DNA of 40,141 nt from positions 1 through 40,141 of IMG/VR virus record IMGVR_UViG_3300030392_000361. One strand, 5' to 3'. The DNA is from a virus. Its lineage: Duplodnaviria; Caudoviricetes. The notes beneath the pieces are model-generated. The model searched no databases and was not told the DNA's origin. It saw only the letters and a list, made by a program, of their open reading frames with translations. Of the stretch, positions 35,595 to 40,141 are shown piece after piece. A program made the position numbers and the translations under genes. Every line of letters begins with the position of its first letter. The stretch's first letter is position 1.

Positions 35595-35884
35595 TATTCG
35601 ATGCAGGGACCACTACCGTATCTACGGCAGGAACAGAGGTACAGATATCTAATACCACTAACAAGGTTAGATGGATAAAGGTTAAGGCTCTCGCTGCTAA
35701 CTCAGGTAAGGTTTATCTGGGAGTCAGTGACGTATCAGCAACCAATGGTTATGAACTATCAGCAGGTAATGAACTGGAAGTTAGCTTTGCTGAACTTGGC
35801 GGTACTGTAATCTTATCAACTTTCTACGTAGACGCTGCCACGGATGGCGATAAGCTAGCGTGGTCCGTGGTACTGGATGGTTAG
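35591..35884 (+). CDS. Small beta-rich tail accessory protein
   Basis: VKALAANSGKVYLG..GYELSAG pattern of small virion proteins. Confidence 0.65.
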   Translation: MIFDAGTTTVSTAGTEVQISNTTNKVRWIKVKALAANSGKVYLGVSDVSATNGYELSAGNELEVSFAELGGTVILSTFYVDAATDGDKLAWSVVLDG

Positions 35885-35895
35885 GTGTACACCAA
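35882..35895. promoter_or_regulatory. Palindromic box TAGGTGTACACCAA (copy 9)
   Basis: Spans exactly from the TAG stop (35882-35884) to the base before ATG 35896. Confidence 0.8.
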
Positions 35896-36270
35896 ATGAC
35901 TACTCAGAGTACAGCAACTCCAACTTGGTGGGCAGGAACTGAAGGTGAGTGGATGTTCTTTGCTGCATTACTGGAGTTAGGGTTACAACCTAATCAAGAT
36001 TTCACATACAATCCAGAAGGCAGATATGATCTGGATGCTACCTTTATATTTGCAGACCCACCTAACCTAGCAGTCAATATACATCAAGACAGTTATAATG
36101 GTGCTCTAGGAAGTGATGTAAGATCACAGGAAATATTTATGAGAGAGGCATTGGCAGGTCAGGGAATCACTTTAATATTTGTGGATGAAGATCAGTTACG
36201 ACAGGATGCTGTTGGCATAGCCAGACAGGCATTAGAGTTCAGAGATCGATCTCGTCTAGGAGGAAGATAG
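35896..36270 (+). CDS. Vsr/DUF559-like endonuclease-fold protein, probably degenerate
   Basis: E..FFAAL.ELG..DF.Y..D.IF..LAVNIH..L..QGITLIFVDE; ATG 35896 preferred over 35860. Confidence 0.55.
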   Translation: MTTQSTATPTWWAGTEGEWMFFAALLELGLQPNQDFTYNPEGRYDLDATFIFADPPNLAVNIHQDSYNGALGSDVRSQEIFMREALAGQGITLIFVDEDQLRQDAVGIARQALEFRDRSRLGGR

Positions 36271-38235
36271 ATGGCAATTCCAACAATTAACTTTAAGGGA
36301 TTTCTTTATGACGATGCAGGAGATGGTGTCTCTGGTGCAAGAATTGATCTATTTGCTAAAAACGCTACCACTACATCTCTTGCAAATGATACTACTGATT
36401 CAGATGGTGCATGGGATATCAACTACACCACTGCTGGTACTGCAGGATTAGACATACAAATAAAAAGTGGTGATTCCTATAGAAGAATTAAATATGATGA
36501 CAAGATTCATCTTGCTGAATTAGATACTGCCCTTCTAAATATAAGAGCCATTGAGTCTGATGATGCTGACATGTTCTTTTATGCTGATGAAGGAGAGGAT
36601 GCTGGGGATAGGTGGAGGATACGAGTAGCTAATGCTGGTGTAATGACATTTGGTAACGACATTCAATCTCAGGCATCTTATGTAGCCCATGTAACTATTA
36701 CCCCTAACGCAACAGTAGCTAACTCTACATTTGCTATAGCCGGGAACGTCACGGTAGGTAATGCACTTACTGTTACTGGCACTACAACATTAAACGGCAA
36801 TCTAGTTCTTGGTGACGCTGCTGCGGATACCTTAACAGTTGGAGCAACCTTACAGGGTGCAAGCCCTTTAACTTTTGAGGGTGGTACGGCTGATGGTTAC
36901 GAAACAACCTTTGCTATTACAGACCCTACAGCAGACAGGACAATTACATTCCCTAATCTTTCAGGGACAGTACAGCTTAGTGCTAACCCTATAACTGGTA
37001 CGACTATAGATGCCAGTACGGACTTCACTATAGGAAACACGGTAATAACTGATGGAGTTGTTACTGATTCTACTGGACTACAACTGGCAGCTAACTTAGA
37101 CATTAATGGTACTGCTGATATATCTGGTGCTGTAACGCTAGGTACAGTTGCAGCAGCCGGTGCAGATACAGATAAGTTCTTGGTACTGGATGGTTCAGGT
37201 AACGTAGATTACAGAACAGGTACACAGGTAGCTTCTGATATAGGTGCTGTAACAGGTGCAACTGCATTAGATGATATAGCTACAGGTGATGCTGCAGCCA
37301 GTCTTGTTACAACTGTCGGCAATATAACTATTGATGCACAGGCTACCGATGCAGATGTAATCATAAAGGTTGATGATAATGGTTCAGCAGTTACGGCTGT
37401 AACATTCGATGGTAGTGATGAAGGTAATGCACTTTTTGTTAATGATATAAAACTTATTTCTGATTCTGCTGTTTTAAGTCTTGGGGATGGTAACGACTTT
37501 ACGATTACTCATGACGGTACAACTGGAGCAACTCTTGCTGGTAACCCCATTACCATTACATCAGGAGGAGCAGCTACTTGGTCATCATCGGCTGGTGCTT
37601 TAACCCTTACATCAGCAGCAGCAACTACATGGTCTACTGCAGCAGGTGTACTCACGATAGATGGTGATGATGGTATAGTTCTTAATACTGGTGGGTCGGG
37701 GAACGTACAGGTTAATGAGAATCTTGTCGTAGGTGTAGATGATACTGGATATGATGTTACATTCTTTGGTGCATCCGCTGGTTCGTACATGCTGTGGGAT
37801 GAAGATGCAAATCTACTAGATATACGAGGAGCAACTGCAGCAGGGCCGGGTCATTTAAAACTTACTACAGGTGAATTGACTGTTGTTGATGCGGATATAT
37901 TAGGAAGAATAGATTTTCAAGCTCCTTTAGAATCTGATGGTAGTGATGCTGTTTTAGTTGGGGCTTCAATCTGGGCTGAAGCTGATGATACTTTTAGTGG
38001 CACAGTTAATAATACCGATATTGTATTTGCGACAGGCAAAACAGCAACCGCTGCCGAAAGATTTAGGTTTACAGCCGATAATGAAATAGGTATAGCAGGT
38101 GCTAACTATGGTACTGACGGTCAGGTATTAACATCAGGTGGAGCAGGTGCTGCTGTTACATGGGGAGATGTAGGTGGATTAGATTACGCATTAGTTTTGG
38201 CATTATCAGGTAGTAGTGTTTACGGACATCCATAA
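36271..38235 (+). CDS. Tail fibre protein
   Basis: G/A/T/D-rich beta repeats, TDPTADRTITFPNLSGTV, GTDGQVLTSGGAGAAVTW. Confidence 0.85.
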   Translation: MAIPTINFKGFLYDDAGDGVSGARIDLFAKNATTTSLANDTTDSDGAWDINYTTAGTAGLDIQIKSGDSYRRIKYDDKIHLAELDTALLNIRAIESDDADMFFYADEGEDAGDRWRIRVANAGVMTFGNDIQSQASYVAHVTITPNATVANSTFAIAGNVTVGNALTVTGTTTLNGNLVLGDAAADTLTVGATLQGASPLTFEGGTADGYETTFAITDPTADRTITFPNLSGTVQLSANPITGTTIDASTDFTIGNTVITDGVVTDSTGLQLAANLDINGTADISGAVTLGTVAAAGADTDKFLVLDGSGNVDYRTGTQVASDIGAVTGATALDDIATGDAAASLVTTVGNITIDAQATDADVIIKVDDNGSAVTAVTFDGSDEGNALFVNDIKLISDSAVLSLGDGNDFTITHDGTTGATLAGNPITITSGGAATWSSSAGALTLTSAAATTWSTAAGVLTIDGDDGIVLNTGGSGNVQVNENLVVGVDDTGYDVTFFGASAGSYMLWDEDANLLDIRGATAAGPGHLKLTTGELTVVDADILGRIDFQAPLESDGSDAVLVGASIWAEADDTFSGTVNNTDIVFATGKTATAAERFRFTADNEIGIAGANYGTDGQVLTSGGAGAAVTWGDVGGLDYALVLALSGSSVYGHP

Positions 38236-38258
38236 ACAATAAGATAAGGGGTTTCAAT

Positions 38259-38585
38259 ATGGCAAAGGGAGATGTTTTTACTGTTGATACAGGAGGATTA
38301 GCTAGTGCAACGGCTGCTGTTCAACCCGGTAGTGGAGTTGAGTGGTGTATAACTTCAATGATGACAAATGGTACTACTGAGTCTCAGTATGTACAAATAA
38401 ATTCTGCGAGTGCGTGGAGAGATGTAACTAATTGGGCTGGCGCACCCGGCGGTGGGAGTAATGAATACACTATGAGAAAACGTCCTCCAGAATGTAAAAT
38501 CTTTATTACTAATTCGGAATACATTCAAATTTCCAGTGAATTTAGTACTTTATACTGTGTAGTATCAGGAATACAGACCAAGTAA
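38259..38585 (+). CDS. Small beta protein, possible fibre tip/adhesin
   Basis: Follows the tail fibre; beta-sandwich-like composition. Confidence 0.5.
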   Translation: MAKGDVFTVDTGGLASATAAVQPGSGVEWCITSMMTNGTTESQYVQINSASAWRDVTNWAGAPGGGSNEYTMRKRPPECKIFITNSEYIQISSEFSTLYCVVSGIQTK

Positions 38586-38594
38586 GAGGATCAA

Positions 38595-39086
38595 ATGCCT
38601 TCAACTAATACAGACCCTACTATAGAAGAAATAAAAAATATTGAGATAGCGTTTAATGCTCTTATTGATACAGAATATGAGACAGCAGATGCCCGATATC
38701 CTGATATAGATTTAGATGAAATAGATATTACTGATGGTGCTAACTTTTTAGGAAGAGTGCATGAGACTACAGGCGAACCTATGTTTCAAGTTAGAAATAA
38801 TAGCCTAATGCCAGCAGAAATTCCTAGAGATATGCTCAATGCTTTGCGTAAGGTTAGCTGTAAGATAAATACATTAGATGCAGAAATCCATCATAATTGT
38901 CGTTGGAAAATAGATTCTCAAAAAGTTGTTTCAGCTTTATCTTGGACTATCCAGAATTTAGAGGACAGTATCGGTAGAGATGGTGAGACAACTATACCGG
39001 GAATAGCTACTTTACTGAAAGCCGGTAGGGTACATATCATTACAGAAGATGATGGAACGAAAAGACTTTCTATTATAGAAGAATAA
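38595..39086 (+). CDS. Hypothetical protein
   Basis: GAGGA RBS; ORF in the late operon. Confidence 0.7.
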   Translation: MPSTNTDPTIEEIKNIEIAFNALIDTEYETADARYPDIDLDEIDITDGANFLGRVHETTGEPMFQVRNNSLMPAEIPRDMLNALRKVSCKINTLDAEIHHNCRWKIDSQKVVSALSWTIQNLEDSIGRDGETTIPGIATLLKAGRVHIITEDDGTKRLSIIEE

Positions 39087-39102
39087 ATAGAGGGTATTGT
39101 AT

Positions 39103-40141
39103 ATGAAATATATACCTAGTATTAAACTGCCAACGGTTAAGATTAAACTCAACTTTAATTTTCTCCCAGTAGTGGTGAAGTATTTACTGGGTATACTGAC
39201 CGTACTGCTTGTACTCACTGGTTCGCTTGGGTTGCTTATTAGCTATATCAATCCCATGAAATGGATCAGTCCCTTCCTTCCCATGCGACTGGAGAATATT
39301 CTCTGGACTGGATCATGGGTGTATATAACTGAAGACTTTGTAGTAGATATCCTGTACTTCTTACAAGTTAATCTCATATGGACAGTATCCATATCCATAT
39401 CCCTCATCCTTCTAGGATTCCTCATACACCTACGAGACTTCAAGGTATGGTGGAAGAACATAAGAGCAGCACCGATGGGTATAGTACGCTCTCCTATCAG
39501 GGCGTACAGAAGGATATGTAAGTGGCGAGACTGGTTGCTTGCCAAGATTGAATACCTCAATAACGAATCCCAACGATGGAAGACAGCATTTAATATTTGT
39601 AAGGCTCCGTATTCTTTTCTACGTATGATGGGGTTCTCTCCCCAGATGGCGATTGGACTCCTTGCTCTAGGCGGTACTGCTGGAGGTGGAGTCGTAGTCA
39701 ATGAAACTCTGTTAGCAGAGAAGAGTTTTAAGAATGGTGACGCAGGACATTATGAAGCACCGCTAGACCTACCCTACTTCACTGACGATAAACAGAACAC
39801 TTTACGTATTGACCTAGGTAGCGTACCAGTTAGAGAGATTACTATCGAGAACGTCAGCGTAGGTACTGCATTTACTGGAAGCGCACTACCCTCTGGAGAA
39901 CAGAACGTAGTACAAATTAGTGGCAACACTATCAGCGGTGGCACTAACACAAGGCTTGAGGTAGGCACGTTAATCTTTGAGAAGAGTAGGTGTAAGAAGC
40001 TAACACTCACAGACATACAAGCCCACACTTTGATAGTCGTGGGCAATGCCAGTGATGGTCAATCAATATCACCATCTCCCGGCACCTCTAGGATGAGAGC
40101 AATCGGTGGAGGACACCATCAGGCAGAAGAGATGGTCACAT
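39103..40141 (+). CDS. Three-TM membrane protein with large beta-rich soluble domain (~440 aa when joined to 3..713); missed by the ORF track
   Basis: ATG 39103 after GAGGG; no stop before the window end; hydrophobic segments VVVKYLLGILTVLLVLTGSLGLLISYI, LIWTVSISISLILLGFLIHL and MAIGLLALGGTAGGGVVV. Confidence 0.85.
   Translation, partial: MKYIPSIKLPTVKIKLNFNFLPVVVKYLLGILTVLLVLTGSLGLLISYINPMKWISPFLPMRLENILWTGSWVYITEDFVVDILYFLQVNLIWTVSISISLILLGFLIHLRDFKVWWKNIRAAPMGIVRSPIRAYRRICKWRDWLLAKIEYLNNESQRWKTAFNICKAPYSFLRMMGFSPQMAIGLLALGGTAGGGVVVNETLLAEKSFKNGDAGHYEAPLDLPYFTDDKQNTLRIDLGSVPVREITIENVSVGTAFTGSALPSGEQNVVQISGNTISGGTNTRLEVGTLIFEKSRCKKLTLTDIQAHTLIVVGNASDGQSISPSPGTSRMRAIGGGHHQAEEMVT
39713..40141 (+). 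repeat. Diverged terminal overlap, copy 2 (homologous to 1-438)
   Basis: Same reading frame and peptide with substitutions. Confidence 0.95.

Larger units (their letters stand above)
1..40141. mobile_element. Near-complete podovirus-like bacteriophage genome (circularly permuted contig)
   Basis: TerS-TerL-portal, scaffold-MCP and adaptor-nozzle-tail fibre modules with no tape-measure or sheath gene; divergent early and late arms; the contig ends overlap within one gene. Confidence 0.95.

Noticed and set aside
62-40046. The many short ORFs antisense to or overlapping the main genes in the ORF track (e.g. 62..382, 467..733, 39243..39701, 39774..40046)
   Set aside because: Shadow ORFs opposite well-supported genes, lacking RBS and operon logic
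39713-40141. Diversity-generating retroelement TR/VR pair formed by the two terminal copies
   Set aside because: Differences are mostly synonymous and not adenine-specific, and no reverse transcriptase is present
1-40141. Alternative genetic code (TAG/TGA recoding)
   Set aside because: Long genes are intact in code 11 and TAG, TAA and TGA all serve as coupled stops

Overview
The window is an essentially complete (~39.7 kb, circularly permuted) genome of a podovirus-like tailed phage. It has two divergent arms. A leftward (minus-strand) early/replication arm spans ~1.2-12.4 kb and encodes a GP88/radical-SAM-like Cys protein, a SprT-like protease, many small Zn-finger proteins, an HTH-Zn regulator, an SSB-like protein, a PD-(D/E)xK exonuclease, an HNH nuclease, an AAA_25/RepA-type helicase and a Holliday-junction resolvase. 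A rightward (plus-strand) late arm runs from 13 kb to the end and wraps to ~0.9 kb: TerS, TerL, portal, five putative internal/ejection proteins, scaffold, major capsid, decoration, adaptor, nozzle, tail fibre and a 3-TM membrane protein. I could not recognise a DNA or RNA polymerase, primase, integrase, tRNA or endolysin. The two ends overlap by ~430 bp but are diverged alleles (~80-85% nt by eye), not identical repeats. The most striking unexplained signal is a 14-bp palindrome, TWGGTGTACACCWA, found 9 times across both arms, 8 of them overlapping or within 12 bp downstream of a stop codon. It looks like a stoperator-style network and resembles GntR/HutC operators. The control region at 10.8-13.0 kb is also densely structured: twin 46-bp inverted elements, a helically phased TGTTTC-N3-GAAACA array, twin GGA-triloop hairpins and CCCTTTAGGG hairpins. 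All product calls come from motif recognition by eye; no database searches were run.
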